Of a DNA stretch of 64,000 bases, positions 1 through 11,686 are shown piece after piece. The translations under genes were made by a program, and so were the position numbers. The notes under the pieces are model-generated. The model worked only from the letters and a program-made list of their open reading frames with translations, searched no databases and was not told where the DNA came from. Origin of the DNA: Amoebophrya sp. A120 (Eukaryota > Protista > Dinoflagellata); the NCBI GenBank assembly GCA_905178155.1, contig CAJINV010000016.1, positions 644,259 through 708,258 of the forward strand, written 5' to 3'. Every line of letters begins with the position of its first letter. Position 1 is the first letter of the stretch.

Positions 1-3000
1 GTTTTCGGAGTCCTGGTCTTCGATATCTACATCCTCCTGGTCGCCGGGCTCTTCCGGCGGTTCCGTTGGGTCGTTCTCGTCTTCGTTCTCCGAGCCCAGC
101 GTAATGTCTTCGTCCTGGTCTTGCGGTTCTTGGCCTCTTGTTGTACCAGCGGTAATTATGGTGCCACTAGGCGTGGACGCGCGCGTCTGCTTTTGCGGGG
201 AAGTGGCGGTCGATGTGGAGCTGGTGCGGGGGGCGGCTGATAGAAGTGCAGTAGATTTTTGTAATGCTTTCAAGGGAAAAAAATGAAAACTTCACGTAAT
301 TTCTTAGCACCCTTTATTGCCATGAGATGAAATAAACGATGAAACACTGCAACACGACATCGAAATCCGTATCAATACCTCCATCCATGTTCTTTTTGTA
401 ATTTGTCGCGTTTTTGTTCACGGAGTAGTTTGTCAGATGCACCTTTCTGGACCGCAAATCTGATTTCCTTTCTGCCGAGTACTTTTCCGTCGCGAACCGC
501 ACCAATCCCTCCCGGAACAAGTAGATCTTCAAGGGGTCGAAGCTGGTGATCACCACGTAAATCCGCAAATCAAACTTGTAGCCCTTGATCAGCAGCGGCG
601 GATTCACGTACTTCTGCACCACTCTGTACTGCTTCGCCATCTTCTCCAGCCCGTTGCTGTTATGCACTGCAAAAGCATCGTACTAGTGGTAATCGCATTA
701 CAAATTCGCTCAGCATGACGACTGGAATTTGTGATGCTGTTTTACCTCGGGATGAAAATTTGTAATGCATGACTGCGATTACTAAGAGTGGATACTTTTG
801 CAATGCATAGCTGTGCGACCCGATCAATTTGATCCCTTTTCCGCAGGAGGAGTTCACCGGCTTCGAGATCCAGAGGTCGGACTTGATTTTCGCGTTGCTG
901 GAGGACGAGCTGTTCTTGTTAGGATTTCCTCCTTTCATATGCAAGAAAAGAACTGTGTAAGTGTAAATCTGTGATGCAGAAAATGCAAAACAGTTACACT
1001 TGTCATGCTCAACATGCATGATCGGGTTGCTTCCTGTGTGTTTTCCCTTCCTATCTGCGCATAACAAGTTTTTCCTGTCATGGCAGACCAACTTGTGATG
1101 CTGTTTTCCCATCAAAAGACTTACACTAAAACATTTTTTTTCTTGGATATTTCAACACTTCCAAAAACTTCTTCCCGTCCTCTGGAAGGATAAACGTCTC
1201 CGGTGTGATGTCAAACTCGTTGATATACTGCCGCTTCATCCTCATGATGTTCCGGCACATCAAGTCTTTCCGACCCAAATACCAGGAGTAGGGGAAGTGG
1301 TTGGTCCGTTGCAGGCTGTTATGCACTGCAAAAGCATCGCACTCAGTATTTCAATCGCAACTATGCATGACAGATCTGCGTTCCTACCAAACTCCGCATG
1401 AGAAATTGCAGCTTTTTTCCTGAAGAGATTTGTCATGCGATTTACACTTCTGCGATTCTTTTGCATTGCATAGCTGTGCATCTGCCGCAGCTTCTCCGGC
1501 TTGAAGTGGCCGTTCCAAATTAACGAGTACCGGGGGTGAGTCGACTCAATTTTGCTGTCGTAGTACTGCAAACCCCCTTTCTTCATGGAATTCAAAACAC
1601 AATTGTACACGTGTACCTTGTATGGAATGCAAACATGTCTGGGTCTGGAAGGATGCAAGGTCTGTCTTGCTTGTCCGGCATGTATGCGTGTCCAAGAAGA
1701 AACCCTTTTGCTTGTCATGCAAAACGGAGCTTGTCATGCGGAAATCGCAACACTAAGCAGCGCGCATATTATTTCTCATGCTTGGCTGTGCATTAAAGAG
1801 AGTTCTCTATTCACAAGTCAGCATTACAACTTTCCAGACCCAGACATTTTTGCAATCCATACCTTGTTCGTGTGCAGCCAGTACATGGTCGGGATTTTCG
1901 TCCCGTTAAGATTTTTATCAAATGCAAATATCCCTGGATGTCTGGAAACTTGTGATGCTGGGTGGCGTATCATGAGGCGGCCACAAGTGCTGGCTCAGCA
2001 TGACAAATTTCTGAGCTTCTAGGTGCTAGCTATGCCTATTCTACTGCATGACAAACCGCTTTTCTGCATGACAGAAAAGTGGGGCTCTTGGGTAACGCGC
2101 ATGACAGACTTTGGGGTCATGCTGGCAGAGCATGACAGACCTCCCATTCTTCCAGACCCAGACATTTTTACAATCCATAATTTTTGAAAATCCTCGCGTT
2201 CTTCGCCTTCTCCGCTAGTCTATCCGCCGTTATGCAAGAAAAAAACTGTGTAAGTGTAAATTTGTGTTGCAGAACATGCAACAGAGTTGCGCCTGTCATG
2301 CCAGACAGCCATGGAGTCCTCTTTTCATGTGTGTTTTCCCTTACAAGCCACGCATGACAGGTGTTCTCTGTCATGTAGAGCAAATTTGTGATGCTGTTTC
2401 CCAAAGAAAGTTACACTTACACACTTTTTTCCTGTGATAGCCGTGTTGAACCGATTACTATTTTGCTGCTGATGTTGATGTTCTTGTTCCGTCAAGCTTG
2501 AAGATGTCAAAACCGCGGAAGATTTCACCATGACTCGTGGATATTGCATCTGGTTCGGGTATTCAAAGTACACCGTGGGGCCGAGGAACTGGGGAAAGGC
2601 GGACTCGAGCAAGGAAACCGTGTCCGACTGCGGGTGCCGGTTCGCCATGATCCTGCCCTTCTTCGTCTTTTTGTTCAGCGTTGCAATCCCAGCAGCGGTG
2701 GTCGTCGGCCCGCCGTTGGACTTTCGAACTTGGTGATAGTTGCTCACAACTTGTTCACCCGCGGCAGGAACAACAGCGCCAGCATTCGTCGTTGTCGTCG
2801 TGTTAGAAACGGAGCTGGTTCTGCTGTCCGGGCGGGAATTGGAGGCTCCGCCACCCGGGTTTAATATTTGTTCCTGCTGTTCCAAATTCTCATCACCTCC
2901 GTCCGTCACGATTCCCATTTGCTTCCGCAACTGTGCTTCCTTCATCAGCTGCCTGGCGAGCAATCCCCGGGGCGTCGTGTTGTTTTTCGTGAAGTCTTGC

Positions 3001-3482
3001 TCTTCGAATTGCTCTTCTGTATCGGTGAAAACCTCGGTCTTGAATAAACCATTCGATGCAGCTGCTGCTGCATTTTCGCCCGTTTTACTACTATTTGATG
3101 CTCCCCATTTCATCTGCGATAGGTAATCACAAAACCTTTTCCGCCTCTTCCGCTCCTGCTCTGCAGCGTATTTGGCTCTCACTTTCCTTACCGCTGGATC
3201 TGTCGGCTTGATGTTGAAATCGAGCTTGTGTTGGTCAGAAGTGCTATCATTCACCGGCGTAGCGACGTTCGAGGAAGAAAAAAACCGCGGCCGGACTAAG
3301 CTCTCCGCCGCGTCGTCCGAAACCTTAAACGCCTTCACGTAGTCGATTTGTCCCGAGGCGGTCCGGCCGCCCCGCGTCCCTTGGGCAGTAGTGGACTCTC
3401 GGTTTAAGTTATGCTCCTGTCGGCTCTTCAAAAAGCGGGAATGGGACGGGTCGGCGGCCTCTGCTGCTGTGCCGACGCGCAT
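1..3482 (-). CDS. TTLL4: Tubulin polyglutamylase, TTLL4/TTLL5-like; multi-exon, 3' end lies beyond the window start
   Basis: Removing 6 introners joins the motifs QRTNHFPYSWYLGRKD, FDITPETFILPED, WISKPVNSSCGKGI and VQKYVNPPLLIKGYKFDLRIYV...FREGLVRFAT...HLTNYSVNK (ATP-grasp TTL domain). The TTLL4 vs TTLL5 assignment and the start codon are uncertain. Confidence 0.9.
661..809. mobile_element. Introner, family G
   Basis: TIR TATGCAYTGCAAAAG; DR GCTGT/GCTGT; removal joins GSHS|NGLEK. Confidence 0.9.
938..1149. mobile_element. Introner, family F
   Basis: TIR TATSCAAGAAAA...AGTGTAA; DR TTTCA; joins EVLK|GGNP. Confidence 0.88.
1320..1472. mobile_element. Introner, family G
   Basis: TIR TATGCA.TGCAAAAG; DR GCTGT; joins QMHS|LQRTNHFP. 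Confidence 0.9.
1621..1861. mobile_element. Introner, family A
   Basis: TIR TAT....TGCAAA.ATGTCTGGGTCTGGAA; DR CCTTG (CAAGG on the coding strand, which allows a canonical GT-AG reading). Confidence 0.92.
1916..2179. mobile_element. Introner, family A
   Basis: Family A TIR, left copy degenerate; DR ATTTT; joins IFKN|LNGT. Confidence 0.88.
2231..2439. mobile_element. Introner, family F
   Basis: TIR core TGTGTAAGTGTAA; DR GCCGT; joins RFNTA|DRLAE. Confidence 0.88.
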
Positions 3483-3626
3483 CGGGTAGTGCCGTGCGGC
3501 GCTCGTCGGGCGAGAAAGACGGTGGGGGAGCTGTTGGTGTTTTAGGGTTTTGGAGTTTCATCGGGAAAAGAACTTGTTTTCGTGGAATCAACCTAAGCCG
3601 CGCGTGAAACCAGGGCAAAGTCTTGA

Positions 3627-4225
3627 CTTAAGTAGTGCGCGAAGCACTTTGGCCAAAAGTGATACACGCACTACTGATGCCCTAAGTCGTACTTAGCCTA
3701 AGTCGTTCGCGAAGCACTTGGCCTTAACTCGTTCGCGAAGCACTTAACCTTAAGTCGTTCGCGAAGCATTTTAGCTCTTAAGTCGTTCGCGAAGCACTTA
3801 AGCTCTTAAGTCGTTCGCGAAGCACTTAAGCCCTTAAGTCGTTCGCGAAGCACTTAAGCTCTTAAGTCGTTCGCGAAGCACTTAGGCTTAAGTCGTTCGC
3901 GAAGCACTTACGCTTAAGTCGTTCGCGAAGCACTTTAGCTCTTAAGTCGTTCGCGAAGCACTTAAGCTCTTAAGTCGTTCGCGAAGCACTTAGGCTTACG
4001 TCGTTCGCGAAGCTGCACTTCTGAGCATTTAAGTCGTTCGCGAAGCACTTAAGAGCCCTAAAACCTTTCGCGAAGCACTTGTTCCGAGCTCTTAAGTCGT
4101 TCGCGAAGCACTTAAGAAGTCTTAAGTCGTTCGCGAAGCACTTAAAGGAAGCCTCAAGTCGTTCGCGAATCACTTCAAGCTAACTACTTCGCGCAGCACC
4201 GCCGCTTAGGTCACTCGCGAAGCGC
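3627..4225. repeat. Tandem array of a ~26-30 bp near-palindromic unit (CTTAAGTCGTTCGCGAAGCACTTAAG), roughly 20 copies
   Basis: Directly visible; AAGTCGTTCGCGAAGCACTT recurs with only a few nt of variable linker. Confidence 0.95.
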
Positions 4226-4340
4226 ATCTTCCAGATCCTCCATTCCGTCAATCGCGGTGTACTACACGACGCACTTTCATCATACATTTCTATCTACTTT
4301 TTTCATCGACATGCTGAATTCATCTTATCCAAGTCAAAAG

Positions 4341-7300
4341 CTATACCTCCTGCACCGCCGACGCAGCTGCAGTCGACGCCGTGTCCGAGGCGTCATTCAC
4401 ATTCCCCGAGCCCGCATCCACATTCCCCGGACCGAGCGTCGTGGCCCCGTAGGTTTTCCGGTGCGGAATGGTCCGCAACCGCTCCGCCACAACGGACGAC
4501 CGAGAATTGTACTGGGCTTGCTGCTGCTGCTGTGATGTTGCGCCGCTGTTCCTTTCCGCCAACAGTTTTTCCACAGCGGTATTCAAAAGCGAATTTGATT
4601 TTTGCAGGGAGATGCTCGTACTGCTGGAATGGGAGCTTTTCGTAATCGCCGTCTCATGCCGAAGTTTCAGAGCCGCATTTTCGCTGGTGAGGTTTGAGGC
4701 GTGACTCGCGTGCTGGTTCATTTGCTGCTGTTGTTGATGACCTCGTGGTGTCGGACCGAGTAGGGGCACCACCTGCTGTCGAGTGATCATGTTTTTCACG
4801 TTTTGCTGTCCTCCGCCGATCCTGTTGTAATCCCTTCTGGAACTAGAGCTCGCACTGTTTCCCGTGCCAACCAACACCGCGTCGGGTTCTCGGTCTTCTG
4901 TATTGAACAGAAATTGTTGCCCGTACCCCACGTTATTCTGGCTATTGCCCCGGATGAAATCGTCACTGTGCATGACCAACGGCGACAACCGCATCTGCTT
5001 TTTGCTCACCTCGTTTGATGCGTCTCTGTCCCCACCGAAACTCGCAAATTTCTGTCCGACCGTCGTGTTGTCCCTTTCCACTTTCAACGGGGAACCGGGA
5101 TTAACCAGCTGTTGGCTCGCGAGACTGCTGTTCGTCCCCCCACTGCTGGGAAACATTTGCATGGGGCGCACCGGTGACGCTGCGGCGGACAGAACCACCA
5201 TGTCGTTCTCCGTGGATATCGGTAAAGGAGACATCCCCGCGGGGAGCGGGGACATGGCGAGCGTGGTACCGGGAGATTGCTGTGGATTCATTTTCGGTTG
5301 CAGAAATTTCGTCTGGCTCGAATTCATCTCCTTCACGGTGTCTTTCGTGATCAGCATCTTTTGCTGCTCGGGCGTGGCGCTGGATCCAGGTCGCGTTGCA
5401 GAATTACCAGTTGCGGATGGCAAGAAATCGCTTGACATCCTCGCAGCAGCTCCCGCCGTGGTTGAGCCGCCATTTGCTCCTTCTACGTGGTCGAGCCCGA
5501 TGGGCAAACTCGCTCCACCAGGGGAGTGCAGGAAGTTGTCCCTTTTTAAAATCACGAGGTTCGCATTTGGGTTCAGCTGGGTCGGAAGGAAATCGCGGGA
5601 GGCGGAATTTTGGGGCGGCTCTACCGAACCTGCTGCAGTTGCGCTGGAGTTATTTGGCGGTGACTTTGGCAGATTGGCAACATTTTGCTGATTGCTACCA
5701 CCAGGGCCGGCAAGCCCCGCACTAATATTGCCAGCCCCCGCGTGATTTTTAGTACTGCTTCCACTACCAGACGAAGAAGATACCGCTGCACCCATTCCCG
5801 CAACCAGCGCCGCCACACTGTTCGGCCTTCGCAGGTGACTCGACCGACTCGGATATGGTGAGCAAAAACGTCCCCACCCCAGAGTCAAGATGGCAAATGT
5901 GCTACACAAATCCACCAGCTTCGGCTGTTGCGCGTGACAAATTTGGATTCGCAATGTAGGAGTGTTTAGCTAGTGAAGCAGCATCACAGATCTCGCATAC
6001 CATGCGGATGTGCGCATCACAAATTGCAAAAAACCAATACAGACCACTTCTCATGGGTCTCCGCATGAGAAACATTCTCAGCATGGAGATTTGCATTACC
6101 AAATATAGCCGCCGGGGCGGAGGTAGTGAGGTCGTGGGCGTTTTCTTGCCGGGCGTCGCCTTGGCCGCGGCTTTGCTGTTTCTGGGGCCGCCATACCGCC
6201 GTGAGTAACGTTAGGCAGCACGGTATGGCGGCCGCTCCATAAACGTCGCAAATTTTGGCAAATCTCCGAAATTCCTTCCCGAAAGCCAGCCCCCATGCTA
6301 TGGAGCCGATCCGGGCGCCACGGGGGGCGCCCAAAAAGCGAAGGAAAATCGGGCCCATAGCATGCGGATTGGCTTTGCGCGTCCGGGGCGCTTTTTCTTT
6401 TTCGCGTTTCTATTTTTCACGCCGGCGCTTTTTGTAAAGCTTCCCAGGCTCTGAAACCGGCGAAAAGGCTGCCGCTTTCGCGGCCGCCCAAAATGCTCCG
6501 AAATCGCGGCCGTGCCATGCTGTTTCGCTGTTTTGATTTTGGGCGCGTTTTTTTCGCGCTGCTTTTTGGGCGCCCCAAACCGCCAGAAACCAAGGCGGTG
6601 GGCGCCTCAGAAGGGCGCCCCTTTTGCCGGCTCCCCTGCGTCGTTTTACCCAGCGGCGATCGATAGAATCCGCTGGCGATTCGGTGCCGACACAGCCAGA
6701 GCCGCTTGATAATTAAAAACTTTTTATGTCAAAAAACACTTCCGCCCGCTTGAAAACTGACGGCCGTTTTGCTGTCTGGCTGGCAAAAAAACTCCCCGGT
6801 TAGAACCGTTCGGTGGCCTCACTACATACAACTCTGGGGTGGGGACGTTTTTACAAATGATATCGGACTGCCGGGCATCGGGCCCGCGGAAAACGGCGGG
6901 TCGATCGGCGAAACGGATTTGCTGTTCTCCGCCGTGTTGATATTACCGATCGCAAGCTGCGGGTTCGGTGCAACCTTTTTGCTTAAGTGTTGCGCAGCTG
7001 CAGTTCCTCCGGGGTTGACCTGCAGCTGCAGCTCCCCCTGCAGAAATTGCCCGCTATCGCCGGCGACACTCGGAGGACCACTTGCCGCAGTTGCCATACT
7101 CGTCTTCCCGCTGATAATCCGAACGTAACTACTCGTCGCCGCAGAAGGTGTCGTGGTCGTGCCAGTAGTGCCAGCACTTGTTGTAACTGCTCCACTTGGC
7201 GATGACAAACTTTTCATTTTCAACCCGCTGTCATGCGCACAACTAAACGAACTGCTCGAGCTGCTACTCGCACTGTTCCCGCTCATTGAACACACCACCG

Positions 7301-8382
7301 CCCCGCCACCCATTGGCGGATTCATGAGCTGGCTCTGGCTGGGCGGGTTGTTACTGCTGTTGTGGTTCCTGCGCAACGACCGGGGCTTCGGCGACCGGGG
7401 GAGCGGCATCAGAAGAATGTTGTTCGGGGAAGTGTTCATCTTGTTTGCCCCTTGTCCTCTTGCCGATGTTGTACTTGGTGCTCCACTTGTCAGCATGTCA
7501 TGGTCAGCATTTATTCCACCGTCTTGTTTCCCCGGTGAATTCGAATTTGATGCGAGTTGTTTTTCCGGCGAGTTGTCTACCGAAGTGACGTCTACCGGGC
7601 TCCAGCCAAACGGCGCCTGGTGCGGTCCGGGGGGTATGGGGGTGAAAAGATTTTCATCAATCAAGGTGAAATACAGGTTTCAACGAGAAGTAGTAAAGTT
7701 CGAAACATCTTATGGGACAGCGAACTTTTTGCTGCGTGCACAACCGTCGACTTTGCATAAACAAAACACGATCGAATTTTATTCCACCCCTTGAGTGTTT
7801 AAAAGTCTTTCATCCCGTATCGCTTGGCGGTGATGCCGAGAGCAAGTTGTGCAACAGATTGTGACTCGGTGAAGACGTAGAGTTACAATTGCTGCTTCCA
7901 GCTGCACCTCCTATCATCGCCACATGTTGCGCCGCGGTTGCCCCCTGGCTGAACAGTTCCCCGTTCCCGCTGGATCCTCCGCGAAGCAGCTGTTTCCGCA
8001 TGCTGGAACTTATCCCGAGGGAAGAGGAGGAAGAATTGGTCGAGTTTTGCGCATGAGCAGGGTGTAGTCCGTTACTAACACCGTTGCGCAGGTTCGGCGC
8101 GCCGCCGAAGGGTCTTTGCTCCTTCCGGTGCATGAGCTCCACGCCGTTGACGATAGGGTCGGCGCCGTGGGTCAGATGCGTTGATGCTCCACCAGCACCG
8201 GCGGAGAACACTTCGCCGCGGATGCTAGCTTTCCTTCTGGAGGAGCGCGACTGCGGGTGTTGCTGCATCAGCTTCTGGGCGGCCGTGCGCGGCACGTGCA
8301 ACTGCGCGGACAACCGGCTGATTTTACCGCCGTAGAGATTCAGGTCGAGGACGTCGCCGCCCGGGTCGTGGTGGTCCGCCAT
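4341..8382 (-). CDS. Hypothetical low-complexity (S/G/Q/P/N-rich) protein, about 3 exons
   Basis: Long ORFs 7810-8430, 6822-7664 and 4341-5954; removing 5854-6862 plus one DR joins PGSP|SRSSH in frame; no recognisable domain; start codon uncertain. Confidence 0.65.
5854..6862. mobile_element. Introner, family B, enlarged by a nested insertion
   Basis: TIR core AAAAACGTCCCCACCCCAGAGT; DR TCGGA. Confidence 0.9.
6099..6826 (-). mobile_element. Nested non-autonomous element with asymmetric inverted repeats and a terminal hairpin
   Basis: Interrupts the family B sequence TTGCATTA|CAACT with apparent TA duplication; IR GTAGTGAGG (6123-6131)/CCTCACTAC (6817-6825); hairpin CCGCC-GG-GGCGG at 6109-6120. 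Confidence 0.7.
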
Positions 8383-11300
8383 TGTTTTGGAAGAAGTGCT
8401 GGAGTGATGCAGGAGCACCAGGGGCTGCACAGAAAACTTTTCACGTGTTCTTGGGGGCCGGTTTGTCTAGTAGTCTTCAGCTTCGATGGCTAAAGCTAGT
8501 GAAAAAACGAGCAGGAGTGCAAGCTCGGACGAAGATGGCAAGAACTGCGGCACCGGTGGCCCGGTGGCTGTGCGGGCAAAAAATCTTTACGTAATTGGTT
8601 CTCCCACATCAACACTTTGTGAGCGCGTCGCACAACAACGCGCGGGAAAGGGCCCGGCGGTGCAGCGCTGCTCGAGTTATTGAGTTTCGGCTTTAGCTTG
8701 AAAAAAAATATGCACCGCCGGCGGTGGCTCCTAAAAACATGAGAAACGACGAGAAATAGTAAAGATGTTGCGAAGCGTGTTGCGGCGACACTGATGCGAC
8801 CAAGCACGTTCTTGCAGTACTTCTACATTTCGAAATAACCTGAGATCATCTCGCACACGCTCCTCTTGTCTCTCTCGAAAGATGCACGCACTAAGTCTTA
8901 CTCTTAGTGCGAAGAATTTGCGTTATCACGAAGTAGAGGCCTGGCGAGTGCGCCGCGAGCAACCAACGGACGTCGGGTCGACCACGGCCGAGCCGCCCGC
9001 GGATGAAAGCGCGAGAACGATAATAGCACGGGCAGCGCGCCGCAGTCGCGCCAATTCCCCCTGCGGGGCGCTTTGCGCGCGAAGGCACAAAATGCTTGTG
9101 GCGGCCGACTTCGACGGCAGGGTAGGATGTGCGAGGCATCGCGGAGACGCCGCGCGCATCCGCCGAGTGTGATTGGGGGTGCAGAAATAAGAGGTGCCGG
9201 CCCGGCGCCTGCGGATGCGACTGTGCAGCAGCCCGTGGAAAAAATCTTTCCCAATCCGGAAGAGTGCGTCAAGTGCAGACGGCAGTAAACAGTACCTCGG
9301 TCCGGGCGATGATAGGACTGCGTGACGCAATTGGGGGGGCGGATCGCGTTTCCGCTTCGCTATCCGCACGGCGAGCAGAAATGCCGCCGTCCCGGGAAAC
9401 GGAATGCGGAATGATCGCCCCTGAGAAGCTGCGAAACTTTGGCTTCCATCCCGGGTCGCGGCGCTGCTCTGCGTGAGCCTCGGAGGGGGAAGCGCGACTG
9501 CGTCAATGAAGCACGAAGCCGCTGTGTCCGGCAGGCCGGGTCGCGGGCAGCACCGAATTAAGACGGGCGCCGACCGCGGGGGCTCTTTGGCTCAGAAGTA
9601 GTAGCAGCCCTGATCGGTCGCGCGTCGCGGCGCAGGACGTGACGGGGGTAGTGGAGTGGAGACCGCCCGCCCGTAAAGGCGACCGGCGCTCCGTAGGCCC
9701 GGTGGGCAGCGCCAAAGCTTTGCGCTTTTTTTCGTAAACATCGCGGGACCCGCGGCGCTGGATTTCACAACTTTCCGGCGGCGGGAACGCGGTGCAGGGC
9801 CCTATATAGGGCACCTCCTTGCTGGTACTTTCTACCGGATTCCGGACCCTGGGCACCCCACCTGGAGGGGGGCGGAGACGCGGAATTTTTCAGATTTTTC
9901 AAGAAACATAGGAGATCTTCCAGGGTGGATGTGATCTGTTCTGGTCGTTCGAAAGACGAGGGAAAACAATAAGGACACCAGAAAGAGCTAACCTCGTTGG
10001 TCCATGTCTCAAGGCTGGACACCAGGAAGCCCGTTAATTTGAATTTTTCCAATTTCGAGAATTTTTGAGCATAGGCATACACGTCAGCAAATCGACTTCT
10101 TTTGAGCAATGAGGTACATGCAACGTCGTACCGCATGCCTTTCTGGTAACTTTCTCACTCAACTACGCACCCACTTTACCCCTATGGAGGAAAAATGGAC
10201 GGCCTGGCATTTTTTAATTTCTTAAAATATGCAAAAAATCACCAATGTTGCTTATAGTTGATGGATGTTTGGACACCATATGGGCACAATCTAATAAAGT
10301 AACCAGATACAGTCTCCATTTGGGTGATTTTACCACATTATTTAACGCACTCAAAAAAAAAACATTTTTTTTTTATTTTCCGATCCTCCAAAAAAAATAT
10401 TTCCAAACAGTGTAAGAAGGCCTATAAAATCACAAAGATCGCATTGCTCCAGCTCATACTTATTGTCTGGGTGCATCATGTACGCAAATTGTAGACCTGC
10501 GCACACTTTTAACCTATGTCACTTTTTTCAGATTTTTGATGTGTCAAAAAATAACGGCAAAAAACCCCAAGCATTAATGTGATGCACATGGGGAGAGCGC
10601 AACACATTGCACCTGTTTCGTTAGAGTTATCAAAATTAGTTAATTTTATGGATTTTCCATGACTCTTAACAACTTCAAAAAATTTGAATTTTTTGAATTT
10701 TTCAAAAATATTGGAAATTTAAGCGCTTTCAGTTCCGTCCGTCCTAGTATATAAAAAGAGGGCACAAAAACATTAAGGCACTTGCTTTCCGCCTCTGTTT
10801 CTGCTCGGTTTTGACGACCACGCACAAGACGCCTTATCTCCTGGCTGTCCATTTTTTCAGATTTTTCTTGGGAAAGGAAGGCTTTACCTTTACAAAGGTC
10901 TTTGGCTCCGGCCAATGGATAAAGAACGCACCATCCTAGCCAAATGCGCCCGGTGCAAGAGCTTGTCCACCCTGTAGGCCACCGCGGCAGGCCCCTCCGC
11001 TTTTTCAGCAATGGCCTGGATGCCGCCAGGCCTGGCATGCGTACCCCCCCCCCCTGCCTCGGCCGAGGGGAGCCGACGCGTTTCTATTCTTCACCGGGTT
11101 GCGGGGGCACACTACGATGGGCACTCTCGCTGGCCCGGGACGGTTTTGCACAGCGGGGGCCCTGCGCCAGACGGTGCGCGCCCCGGCGTACTCAATCGGG
11201 CCCCGCGCCTTAGAGAGGGTCGCGACATCACAAGCAGGGGGGCCGGCACGACTATTTTCCGCCGGAGGCCCAGCATTAGCAACCCGCGCAAGTTTAGGCT

Positions 11301-11686
11301 ATTGCGGGAATTGCAAAACCAAGCGCCCTACATTCCGGGTCGGCCAAATCGGGCGCCGCGAGTTGAAAGAAGTGGTAGCGGCGGCGCCGCAATATCCAAC
11401 CCCGTGCAGCGCTTGGAAGCTGCAGCGCAAGCGGAAGCGCTTTAGAAAATCTCATACACGGCTTCTCTCTTCAGAAAGCATGCGAACCGGCCGAGATCGC
11501 GAAATAAATAGCCAAGCGCAGAGAGCTACCCGAAGATCACACTTTTGGCGTTCTTCTTTCGTTTGTTTTTGTGGGTGGACTTTGACTGTCCGAAAACGAA
11601 ATTAATACGTAAAAGATCTTCTACCATGTGAAGAAAATCGACGACAAAGAGATCTCGGACATCAATCTACCTTGTTCTTCAACCTC

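Noticed and set aside
656-1477. Target-site specificity, because two family G elements share the DR GCTGT
   Set aside because: Other family G copies have GTTTG and CGGGA; two cases are insufficient.
3627-4225. CRISPR array
   Set aside because: Repeats are nearly contiguous with only a few nt between them; no unique spacers, no cas genes, eukaryotic context.
4803-7794. Plus-strand ORFs (e.g. 4864-5691, 7153-7794)
   Set aside because: Antisense shadows of the minus-strand low-complexity gene.
8880-11610. GC-rich ORFs in the strand-switch region as genes
   Set aside because: No recognisable domains, overlapping on both strands, and no introners, unlike the real genes here.
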